A stretch of 64,000 nucleotides of DNA, from the NCBI GenBank assembly GCA_964252035.1, contig OZ176206.1; one strand, 5' to 3'. Positions 11,997-23,707 of the stretch are shown here, piece after piece (position 1 is the first letter of the stretch; each line of letters starts with the position of its first letter). A program made the translations under genes and the position numbers. The notes under the pieces are model-generated. The model had not been told where the DNA came from. It saw only the letters and a program-made list of their open reading frames with translations, and did no database searches. This DNA comes from Podarcis erhardii. Its lineage: Eukaryota.

Positions 11997-12002
11997 AATA
12001 AA
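11997..12002 (+). terminator. TPPP3: Candidate TPPP3 polyadenylation signal (a second AATAAA is at 12226-12231)
   Basis: First AATAAA about 340 nt after the stop codon. Confidence 0.5.
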
Positions 12003-13669
12003 AGGAAAGCTTCATTTGTCACACAGCTTCTAGGGCCACAAAGCTTCTGTCAGGGCAACAAGATGGCAGTCCCTGCCACACAGTTCCCAGGCTTCTGATA
12101 GCATTTCCTCATAGTCCTTGCTCTTCCAACCCATGATGATGTCTACTTCCTGTTTGCAGGGGACCCCAGTGCTTCCGACGGCATCATTTCACCGCTTTTG
12201 ATTGTATCAGAAAAGCAGTATATAAAATAAAAGTACTACTCACAACCATCTTGCTCCTCAACTGACAAGGTAGCTGATCCCTTTTAAACACTGCACGCAG
12301 GTGTGGGGAAACTCCTCACCCTGTGGAGGATCACATTCCCTCAGGGGGATATCTGCTGGGGGCACCATGCCATTGGTGGGCACAGCTAAACCCAGGAGGA
12401 GAGGGCAGGAAGGACAGGGAAGAAATTTGATTCATTTCACATGTAAAGGCAAATCTGTTTAATACCACACTGAATAGTGACCGTCCTTCAAACTTCACAC
12501 CTGTCTGAATTTTGCAGTTCTCCAGCCAAGAAATACATACACTGCTGTGAAGTATGTTCATAAATGCATATATTCATGAAAAGAATGTTAAAAACGCATT
12601 GTATTAGAGGAAACTGCCCAGCAGAAATTCGCATATTAGGATAAACGGCATACAAACATGCATTATATTAGGAGAAATTTGCACTAATGGGAAAATGCAT
12701 GTATTTCCCTCCAATGAAGTTAGTTGATGGTCATTAATTTCAATGTGTCTACTCTGAGTAGAATTAACATTGGCTACAAGCTTTCATAAGTGCTTGCAAA
12801 CATGTATCAGGAAAAATGTCCACTAAAATGTTAATGCATTTTCATGTGGACTTAAAAAAAATATCACAAACTGATGTGGTGGTATGAGATCTTCTTGGTC
12901 TGTGTAAAAAGACTACTGAGTCAGAGCTTCTCAACATAAAATAATGCCCTTGGGATCCCAATTGTGTTAGAATACCATTGCATGTGATCCAGACCTCAAT
13001 AGAACAATTTTTGTTGTCTTCTCCTGCAGTTGAAGCAAGGATGGCAAGTGGCTGAAGGAGACCGTCTCATGCCTGACTCTCGGTTAGGAATGGGAGAATC
13101 TGCCAATTCTGATTTCTCCTATTTTCTCCTTTTTCCAAGTTTTGCCACATTCCTGCATCCCTTTGTGATTTTTTAAAAAAGCCATCTTTATAATTCTTAA
13201 GCATTTTAGTGCACATTTTTCTTAATTTGTACACAATTCAGCCTAATATACACGCATCCTTTGCAAGCAATTTTTTCTTAAGCGAATGCATTTTTGTAAG
13301 TTGGCTCATACAGTACATGCATTTTTGTGTGTAAATTCCTCAAATATATGAATTTTCCTTCCCGTTCTTTGGTTGGAGACCTGAAAATGTCACAGGAGAG
13401 CTGTATTTCGGTTTGTGCTTCACTTAAGGAAGTGTGAATTAGGTCGGTGCACATTACAGTGTGAATTGAACCCTATCCCTGTCCCTTCTTTTGAGTTTGC
13501 ATCTGGGGAGGGGCTTCCCAGCTGCTGTAGGCTAGACCAGGTATGTGTTCAGTGGCTCCTTTTCCCTCGGGTGCCAAAGCCCCCAGCCCCACCTGTTAGA
13601 GAGCTGGGGGTCGTGTAAGGGTGGGGCAGGAAAGTGGCACGAAGGCCAGAGATCCTGCATCTTTACTCA

Positions 13670-14065
13670 ATGGTGGAACGCATTCTTTGGCTATGCAGAA
13701 AGTCCCAGGTTCCATCTCCTCATGGGGGCTAGGAAGAACCTGTGCCTAAAACCCTGGAGAGCTGCTGCCAGTCAGTGCAGACAATATTGAGCCAGATGGA
13801 CCAATTATCTGAACTGGTAAAAGCCACCTTCCTATGTTCTTCCTATGCTGGGCTCCAGAACATGGCTCTACTATGTGTATCCTTTAACCCAGTCTGACTC
13901 TGGGCTCAGTGTTGGAGCATCTGCTCTGCACGATGCAGAAGGCCTTGAGTTCAATCTGCAGCATCTCAAGAGAGGCCTGTGAATGTCCCTTGGTCTGAAA
14001 TCCTGGAGAACTTCTGCCAACCACTATAGACAATATGGAGCCAGATGGACCAGTGGTCCCAGTGC
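13670..14065 (+). mobile_element. Two tandem Squam3-like tRNA-derived SINEs
   Basis: Body ...GCAGAAGG..CCAGGTTC...CCCTGGAGAGCTGCTGCCAGTCAGTG.AGACAATA.TGAGC.AGATGGACC. Further copies at about 6110-6251(-), 9952-10085(-), 14430-14610(-), 19430-19615, 29215-29400(-), 29970-30150, 33165-33530(-, two), 37712-37900(-), 45050-45550 (split), 46965-47075(-) and 58690-58810. Confidence 0.65.
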
Positions 14066-15936
14066 TCTCACCTTGAGGCGGGGGAGAAAGCAAACAGCCC
14101 CCCTAAGTGTCCTGTCTCTTCAGGAAGAGTGTTGCAGGCACCCACTCTCCCAGAGTCCAGATATTTCTGTGGGCTGGGAGAGTCGCACCAGCTGAGTAGC
14201 GATGTTGTTTTACAGCCAGCATGGAATTCTCTGCCTGCGACGGAAATGGCTTCCTGCCAGGCCTCTTGGAGCCTGTGTGGGCCAATATCTCAGCCGCTGA
14301 TTTTTATGGCCTTGCTGCTATTTTCTCCCTCACATTTGTCTCTCTTTATCAGTTTTCCCAGCGCAGGCTCCTGAGAGGAATGTCAGGCGATGGCTGACCC
14401 ACCATCCCTGCTCAGTTCAACAGGAAATAAGAAGCTGTCAGACCATTCATGGTACATTGAGCTCAGTGTTGTCTGCACAGACAGGCAGCAGCTCTCTAGG
14501 GTTCCAGGAAGGGAATCTTTCCAAGACATACCTGGGGGTGGTGGGGATTGAACGCGGGAGCTTTCGTGCGCCAAGCTGGTCTTCTTCCGCAGAGCTATGG
14601 CCCCACCTCAAGCAGCCCAGATCCCCCTTTCCAGAGGGAATTAAGTTGTTTACTAGCTGCTACCTCCCCTCCAGAAGCAAATTTGGACACAGAATTTGAA
14701 TAAGAGTTTGTTGCAAACTTGGGAACTACCATCTGAATGTAGACCTCCTGGCTACCTATGACTTCCCACCGGGGAATACATAGGCTGCCTGCCTGGGATT
14801 GCAGAAACAAAACGGCTGGGTTTGTTTCAGGCACTCGATAGTACACAATACGGGACAGGCTCAAGACACATGACTGCCTGGGGTGGCCTAGATGGCATTC
14901 TGCCATTCCATGTACAGAACTAATCAGATTTGAATCCTACTTCTGGTAACAGAGTAGTGTTTACCAACACATATGAGGGCAATAGGGTAGCTTCTGAGCC
15001 ATGTTGCAGCCAGGTAAGGGGGCCAGTTATGCATTGCTAAAAAAGAGGATTTGCATCACCAAAAAAAAAGATACCATTTTGCACAAAGTTTGGATGGGGG
15101 AGGTACCAGTTGACTGGTGGGTTCAGTCTGCTGGCCAGGTGCTGTTAACTGCCGACTAGCTGTTCCTGCTGCCCCTTTCTTACCTTTAAACCAGACTTGG
15201 GCTGGACAGCCCTCAAACAGAGAACAGCTTCAAATAGAGGACTGCCCCCTGACGACACTCGAAAACAGAAGACCGTTCTCTTGAAGTAGGACACATGGCC
15301 ATCCTACACACTCCCCCCCACACCCCTCCATCATCCAACATCTGCCTCTATTCCCATCTTTGCTTGATGTCTCAGCTGCACTCTACACCTAACAGTAGGG
15401 CTGGTGCTGCACCGTTCATGGCTGGTTGGGAGAGATGCCCTTTGGAAGTGCATACAAGGTTGCTGACCTTCAAGACAACAAAAGGAGGCCCGCTCTGCAT
15501 TTCTAAGGGTCCTGTGAGGAAAAGGTCATTGTCTGAGGATGGCAGGTTTGGGACAGTGTATCAAAGAAGATGCTGCCAAATACAATCCTGTGTTTTAATG
15601 TCCTGCATCTTCCTGGCTGACGGGGGCCCTGAGGATATTAGGGATACTACATCAGAGCACCCTTCTTCAATATCCTGCAGCCGGCATTATATGGGAGCGG
15701 CAGCTATTGGCAGTTCCAATTCTGTGGGAGCTATCCTGCCTCTTTTATACAAGCAGCCTGGAAAACATGCTTTTTAAATTGCATAAGCAGAGAGGCTGAA
15801 AAAGTGAGAATAGCACTTTCATCTGTTAGCGAAAAAGTGTGATGCAGATTGAGGATACAGCCAAAGGAGCAGAACAGACAACAGCACCATCTGCTGAGTT
15901 AAAGGTTTAATGCCCCATGAACGTTGGGATAAACTA

Positions 15937-16178
15937 CAGTGGTACCTCGGGTTAAGTACTTAATTCGTTCCGGAGGTCCATACTTAACTTGAAACTGTTC
16001 TTAACCTGAAGCACCATTTTAGCTAATGGGGCCTCCTGCTGCTGCCGTGCCACCGGAGCACGATTTCTGTTCTCATCCTGAAGCAAAGTTCTTAACCTGA
16101 AGCACTATTTCTGGGTTAGCAGAGTCTGTAACCTGAAGTGTATGTAACCTGAATCGTATGTAACCCGAGGTACCACTG
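15937..16178 (+). mobile_element. MITE family A, copy 4
   Basis: TIRs, TA TSD, 242 bp. Confidence 0.9.
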
Positions 16179-19100
16179 TACTCCAGAAAGAGCATGATGT
16201 GTTCCTCACCAGGGGGCCTACTCCTCTTCTAACACCCACCCCATATGCTCATCAGAAAATGAGAGAAATAGATTCAACCACTGTTATTCCTGTAATACTT
16301 GTATGGTGCAAATAACAGCCTTGGAAAGGCAATCTCTGCCTTTGCTCTGGCCTAGAACGGCTCCCTCTCCTGTAATTGCTGTTTCGGTGAACCATGAGAT
16401 CCTGGCGTCTCATGCAGTTTGGCACAAGAGGGGCCAGGTTCTTGTTCACAGGTAGCAAAACCGGTCTGAGCCTTTCCAAGTTTATTCAAGAGAAAGGCAA
16501 ACTACCTGACCAAGGTGAGTAACCTTCACACTGGCCAGCTGGACCCAGCGGGATGCAGGTCAGTGGGGAAAAGAGGCTGGTGGTCAAACTCTAAATGAAG
16601 GGAAGCCTGGTGGTGGAATCTTAGGCATTCAGCTGATCTGGAGCTCTTTCACAAGAGGTCCACCCCAAATGTGCCTTTTTTGTGATCAGAAAAGTGATGG
16701 GGAAATGCACTGGAAGGTCTGAGTTAACATTGGCTTGATGAAACAGCATCTGATCTCCCTCTAAACAAACCAGAATTAATGTTCAGTAAATAGTTGATGT
16801 TGTCTGTGCTCCTTGCAGACTTTGTGCAGGGATAAGCTAGTCATATAGAAAGAAACCTACCATTCCTATCAGATTCTCCCACCAGCAGATGGTGCTGGAG
16901 GTTTATGCGAATCAGAATTAATGTTTATTTCTGTCATTATGCACAACAGAGACTGTGAAAGAATCTAAAGGGGCCAGGGGAAAATAAGCTTTTCTGCTTA
17001 TAGAGGGAGAAAAACAGAACAATGCAAGTCCATATCTGTGACTGGGGGTGGACAAAGCCATCAGTTGTGTTCCTCTCAGTTTCTCATTTTTCCAATCTTC
17101 AGTTCTCCACATTTTCACATCAGCTTGTGATTCTTTTTTTTAAAAAAGATGTGAAAATTCACCAGCTTTTAAATACAAACTTCCCCAGACATATACCGGT
17201 ACATTTTTGCCTAATTCACACATTTTTGAAAAGCAATTTACCCTAATATAATGCAGTGTGTGTGTGCGCGCGCGCACGCTTATATATAAAAATATATGCA
17301 TGTCTACGAACACTTTACCCTAGTATATACATTTTTGTACATATTACTTGGCTAGAGAACTGCACTGCAATATTTGGAGAAGTCTGAATTTTGAAGGACT
17401 GTTTTCCATTTGTGTAATGTTTGGAAAGTATGAATTAAGTAGATCACTCCCAAGTGCTACGGAGGCTGCATGCTATTTGGCACTCTTAAAAAGAACTCTA
17501 AAAGCTCAGTCAGGCACCTTCAGCCTGAAATGGTATGGTCCAGAACTCAACCATTAAAATGAACCATCTTTTCCAAAGGCAATGTGAAGACAAATGTTGT
17601 CATTCTGATATCTTCGTTTTTCCGTGAGCATGCTCTTATATGGGCAAAGGCATGTCCTCTGTTTCTGAGCATGATCAGTTCAAACAGCCTTGTCTGGCAA
17701 AAGCTGGCATTATTTGTTGTTGCCTAGATACTGACATCCATCACCCTTAGAAGGCTAGAAAATCAGGTGACACGTTGCTCAGCTGTTAATTGTCTTGAAT
17801 ACAAGGGGGGAGGGAGGCACAGAATTCAATAGCCGCTCTTGCCTCTGAATAACTTTTACTCATAAATTTCACAGCAGGAGCAAATACGTAAAATGTGAGC
17901 AGTCACATTAGTATAAAATTTAAAAAATCTGTGCTTATTTTGTATGCAATTATTTAGACATTGATGACTAAAGTAGCTGCTGCACACTCCCTGCACATAG
18001 ATCCTAAAACTACAAACTAGAGCATTGCTTTGTGACAGTAGCTGGGAACCTGCTCCAGCCCAAGGGCCACATTGCCTCCTGGGCAACCTCCTGGGGTCCA
18101 CATGACAGTGGTGGGCGGAGCTAGCAGCAAAAGTAGGAGGAACAATACATGTGAATTTTAACTTTCTACAGTTGGCTAGTTTCTATAGGCACTCTATCCT
18201 CCATCCAGTTAAACAAGAAGCAGGATCAGGGTTCAAGGACACATTCCAGCTAGGAGAAAGCAGGGCCAAGAAGGGCTATGACCTGAGGAGACTTCAAAGT
18301 CCAGAGAAAGAGGCCCAGAGGGCCACATTTTGCCTCAGGGCCTGACGTTCTCATCCCTGCTTGATGATATTCAGTCCAAACCACACCAACTGGAACACCC
18401 CTGAAAGCACTGTTGCCCCATTTGGTGGTTCTTTGCCAAATCTGGCATGGTGGTTCTAACCTGCACCAATTTGGATGCTTCTGGGGATATCGCTGCCAAA
18501 CTCGGCACAAAGTTCTCCACTGTGGGGAAGGTGGTCTTCATCTATGTTTGCATGTTGGGTGCCATTTTTAATCGAGATGGTGGACCAAATTAACCCTAAT
18601 TAGCTGCCTCCCCCACAAATTGTTCCCCAGGTCAGGTCAGAGCCCTGAGTTGGTGTTTGTGCATGTGTACATATGTGCGCAGAGACCTAAAACCCACAGA
18701 CTACAATATCTATTTTAAAATCACAATATTTTGGGCGCTCGTTTTATGTTTTAAATTCCTGGGCAGTGCCAGGCACTCCCTGCTAATATAAATATAAACA
18801 TTAAAATAGGTAATCCAGATGTCCAGATAGATATGTAAGCTTGATTGATAACAATATGATATACCATACATTCAAATTGCATAATGGATGGTGGCTGCTT
18901 ATCCTTCCAATCTTTAAGTGTAATTCTTTTTGCAACCATAAAGGGCTCTCATGTCCCACTTGCAACCACCTCATTTCCCCCCTAAAACTCTGTATAAATA
19001 TCTAGGCGCTTACATGTTGCTGTATTTTTAAAAATGCGGGCAGCAGCTGGAAAGCCCCTCTCATCAAGCTGGACGACAAATGGAGGCAGCGCATGAGAAT

Positions 19101-19781
19101 GCTGAACAAGAATTTCCTGCGGCACCCACCTGACCGAGGATAATAAAAACCTCCACGGGAAAGATTCCATTGGATCATAAAGGCATATGCCTCTGGAATC
19201 TGGGAAGCATTTTTGATTGACAGCACAAAAGGCTGTTTGGAAAAAGAATATCAGTCCCCCTGGGCTGACTCACAACGATGCCTTGTTTCTGGAGGTTGAC
19301 ATAAGCCGTGACACCCCAAACTTAACATTTTGTTTAAAGCTTGAGAACTCAAGTTTTGGTTCTGCATTGACTATGAACTTTGCTGAATGGGATTTGAGAT
19401 CCTTGCTGGGATTTGTGGGGGACCACAGCTGAGTGGTAAAGCATCTTCCTTGTATACAGAAGCTTCAAGATTCAGTCCATGGTATCTCCAGGTAGGGCTG
19501 GGAATAGCTCCCACTTGAAACTCCGGAGTGCTACTGCCAGTCAGTGTAGACAATACTGAGTTACATCAGCAACTGGTTTGACTATGTCTAAGGCAGCTTC
19601 CTCATGTTCATTATGAAGTCTAGAAATTGTTTAGCTGGGCCGATGCACAAATAAATAAACATATCTGTTACAAATCTGTATCTGGAGCATCTCTAACTAG
19701 ACTTGTTTTAAGTTGTTTTTATTGTTGATGCTTTTGCAGTGAAATTGCTTTGAGACATTTTATGGGAAGGCATAAATGGAA

Positions 19782-19785
<4 letters not shown>

Positions 19786-19839
<54 letters not shown>

Positions 19840-19841
19840 AA
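19786..19841. repeat. (TC)n(CA)n compound microsatellite
   Basis: Read directly from the sequence. Confidence 0.95.
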
Positions 19842-22075
19842 AGAGAGAGGGAGAGTAGGATTTAATATTTTAAATTTGGAATTAATTTTTTTTTTTTTTA
19901 GAAGCTGCCCTGCGTTAGGCAACTAATAAAACAATAAATAAATCATTGTGGCTGTAGCTTCTGCCCCAATCTATGTGTTCACAGAACATGCCTACAGAGA
20001 ATTTCAATTTAAACCACTGGACAATCTGAAAAAGAACTGTTGCTAAGAGCCTCTCCCTGGATTAGCTTGTTGAAAAGTTCAGAGAGAATAATTATTCCAA
20101 TAAATATAATAAAATAATGGTTGGGACCCAAAGGACTCCAAAAGGCAGAATTAAAGATTTGGGCTTGCTCATTGGTAATCTTGCCTTTTTCTTTCTTTGA
20201 ACAGCAGACACCACCAAACTGCTGTCACAGATCCCTTCCTTTTCAGAAAGTGGATCAGGAGCAGCTACAGTTTGAGAAAACGGAGCCCAATGCTCCCTTG
20301 ACGGCACAGAACCAATTATGTGAGCTTAAGCTAAGAGAAATAAGGTCCAGGAGTGCCAGTCTGGCCCCGCAACCGTGGGTGCCTGGGGCCGTGGGTGCCA
20401 TGCCCTGGCGCCAAAATTTGTGGGCGCCTGGCCCCTTCACAGGGGATTTTGTGGGTGCTTGGACACCCAGGGCCCCAGGGAGTTGGCACCTATGATAAGG
20501 TCCCAGGTCCCATCACCTGCATTTCCATCTAGGTCTGAGTAAAACCCCTCTCAGAGACCCTGAAGTGCTGCTTCCTGGTCATGTAGGTCATCAGTGGGAG
20601 CCTCACGCCTGGAGGCCAAATGTTGCCCTTCAGGAATTTCTTGCTGGCCCTGAAGACCCTCCGCAGACCACATGGCTCCTTAGCCCTGCTCCACACCCTC
20701 CTGGAGTGCTTTTGCATGGCTGCAAAGTGTCCTTGAACTGTGACGCCACCTCCTCCTTGCCTGGATGGACAATGTGTGCATGTGGTGGATGTAAGTGTGT
20801 AGAAAGCTCTACCTTTGTACAGCTGGAATCTATCCGACTGTACAAAGTTAAGAGTCGCATCCATTGCTCTGTCCACCTTTATCACTGGCCCCCCACAAAA
20901 TTGGCATGTCATCCCTCTAAGGTTGCGCACAAGGGGATGTGCAATGGGGTTCCCCTTGGACTGGAAGTGCTGAGCTAGATGGCCAACAGGGTCTGACTCA
21001 GTATGAAGCAGAATCCCATGATTTTCAAGCAGGCCTCGAAGGTACAATTCCAATGCACATCCCCTAACACAGTCTTCACACCCAGTCCACGTAATCCAGA
21101 ATACAACACTTACATAACTGCAACAATATTCTTAGCATGCCACCCATACGTAGGGTACTGATGAGGAACACTGCACTCTTTGCCCTGACCCTGAAATGGT
21201 ATAGGAGAAAGTAATGGAGGAGGGGGAGGGGAGAAAAACCACCCCAACCCTGAGCTCATGCTCTGAATTTAGTCCAAACGTGAAATCTAATAGGAGCAGA
21301 TGGGTGACCACATCCAATATTGCTCATGAATCAGCTGCTCAAATTCCACAGCACCAAGAGGCTTCCCAAATTCTGACACCACGGCATCTCATCAGGATCA
21401 GTGTGCCAGAATAAACAAATAGATATAAATCAGACTAAAGGCTAAAAATAACAGATATCTGAAATTAGACTATGACACACTCGCCTCTTAAACACTTTGG
21501 CAGCCAAGCAATTTACCAATTGCTTGCATCCAGTTCCCACCACCACCACCACTGCCCCCCAAGGCAAGTGTTTGAGTAGTAAATAGATAGAAGGAGAAGG
21601 AGCAGCAACAAAATGTTGGAAGATCATCACCTCCTAATAAGAGGGCTCCTGTTTAAAGTTCCAGTCTGCCGCCTTCTTCTTCTTCATCATCAGCCTTTTA
21701 GTATGAAAGTCTCCTAATAAACACATTTTTGTGTGGATTTTTGAGTAATGTACATATTTTTGCAAGCAGTTTCCCCAAGTTTAATGCATGCTTGTAAGTT
21801 ATTTTCACTAAATATGTATTTTTATGCACACTTTATTATGGTTGGGGAACCAAATTGCAAAATTCAAATAAGTGAAAACTTCAAAGGGTGGCTATGTTTC
21901 AGTTTTCATATCATTCCGTGAAATGTAAACATGATGGATTTGCTTTTAAATGTGAACTGAACAGAATTTCTTCCACATCCCTAATAGGTATGGAGTGTGC
22001 TCAACCCTTATTTGGGAGTAGGGAGGCAGCTTCTGCAAGCTTATTTTTTGAATGATTTTTGCAATGTTATTTTCT

Positions 22076-23707
22076 TTTTTTTTCACATATTGTTTTTTAT
22101 TGCTTTGCTTCATAAAAAAGAAAAGGAAAATATATATATATACACACATACAAACAGAAAAAAATAAAAAAAAATAAAAGTACAGTACAATATAAAGAGA
22201 CAAAGTAAAAGTAAAATAAATAAAAAAGAAAAAGATATATATATACATAAACTTAGTATTTACATCCACCACATAACCTGATCTTTGCTTTCTAGACTTC
22301 CTTTAGCTACTCCCAGAATCATTCGAAGTGATACTTTAAGTTACACATTTCTTAGTCTATATTGTCATTATATTTCTTCATATACATTTCTTAGTTTATA
22401 TTATCCTCATAGATTATTTAGTCTCCTATTATCTTTCGACAATAACTCTTATTTTTCACAGTACGTCTCTGTATCCCTTTAGCGTTATTTTCCCTTGGTT
22501 AATGAATTCCAGATAATCTACATATTTTCCCCAATCCTTGGTGAACTTTTGGTTTTTTGTATATCTTACTTTACCTGTGAGTCTATCCAATTCCATATAA
22601 TCTAACAGCTTTGATCTCCACTCCTCCACCGTTGGAGTTTCCTGCTTTTTCCACATCTGGGCCAGCATCACTCTTGCCGCTGCAACTGCATAATATACTA
22701 ATCTACAGTCTTCTTTTTTTATCTCATGACCTAATATACGTAATAAAAAGATTTCTGCTTTCTTTGAAAACGTATATTTTAGGATCTTCTTTAATTCCGT
22801 GTAAATCTTTTCCCAGAACTGTTTCACTCTTCCACACTCCCACCACATATGGTAGAAGGAGCCCACACTAACCTTACATTTCCAACACTTGTTATCCACC
22901 TTGTACATTTTCGATAGTTTCATAGGTGTTAAATACCACCTATAAAACATCTTCATTACGTTTTCTTTTATCGTTATACATGCCGTGAAACTAAGTCCTT
23001 CCTTCCAAAGTTTCTCCCAATCTTCAAATAGTATATTATGTCCTACATCCTTTGCCCAGCGGATCATCACACACTTCACTTCCTCATCTCCTAGATTCCA
23101 ATCCAACAATATCCTATACATTTTCGATATAATTTTCTCTTCTTTATTTATAATCTCTGTTTGAAACTTGGATTCCTTCTCTCCATAACCTCTTTCCTTA
23201 AAATCCTTTCTAAACATTTGGTTCACCTGGAGATGGTGTAGCCAATCATAAACATATTCTTTGACCTGGTCGTATGGTCGTATCTTCCAATTCCCCTCCT
23301 CTTTGATTATTAACTGATTATATGTTGCCCAGTTACTTCTCATATTGGTAGTCTTCACACACATGACTTCCAGAGGCGAAAGCCAATGTGGTGTTTTCGG
23401 TTCCAGCAGATTTTTATATTTTCCCCATGTTTCAATTAATGGCCCTCTAAAGATATGGTTCCTAAAACCCTTATATATTTTCCATTTATCCCGCCATAAA
23501 TAGGCGTGCCAGCCGAAGTTGTTGTCGTGGCCCTCCAGGTCAAGTAGTTCCCTGTTCTCTAACTTTACCCAATCTTTGACCCAACATAGGCAAACCGCCT
23601 CATAGTATAACTTTATATCCGGCAAGGCGAAACCCCCTCTTTCCTTTATATCTGTTAATAATTTAAACTGAATCCTAGGTTTCTTTCCCTGCCAGATATA
23701 TCTCGAC
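22076..23707 (-). mobile_element. 5'-truncated L1-clade LINE (ORF2 C-terminus, 3' UTR, poly-A)
   Basis: Uninterrupted ORF2 tail 22456-23707 with the cysteine-rich motif CWKC...GSFYHMWWEC; AATAAA plus A tail on the minus strand; perfect 21-bp TSD ATTTTTGCAATGTTATTTTCT at 22055-22075 and 23708-23728. Confidence 0.93.

Noticed and set aside
15295-15777. 160-aa ORF
   Set aside because: No recognisable domain, and it begins in a repeat end; treated as a chance ORF.
20529-21053. 174-aa minus-strand ORF
   Set aside because: No recognisable homology, and it overlaps the end of a repeated hAT-type MITE (also at about 8240-8350, 9430-9540 and 63620-63720).
21159-21205. CTGATGA...GAAA as another hammerhead
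   Set aside because: No stem II longer than 2 bp and no stem I pairing. Other CTGATGA hits (about 1033, 5519, 55137, 59492) lack the downstream core.
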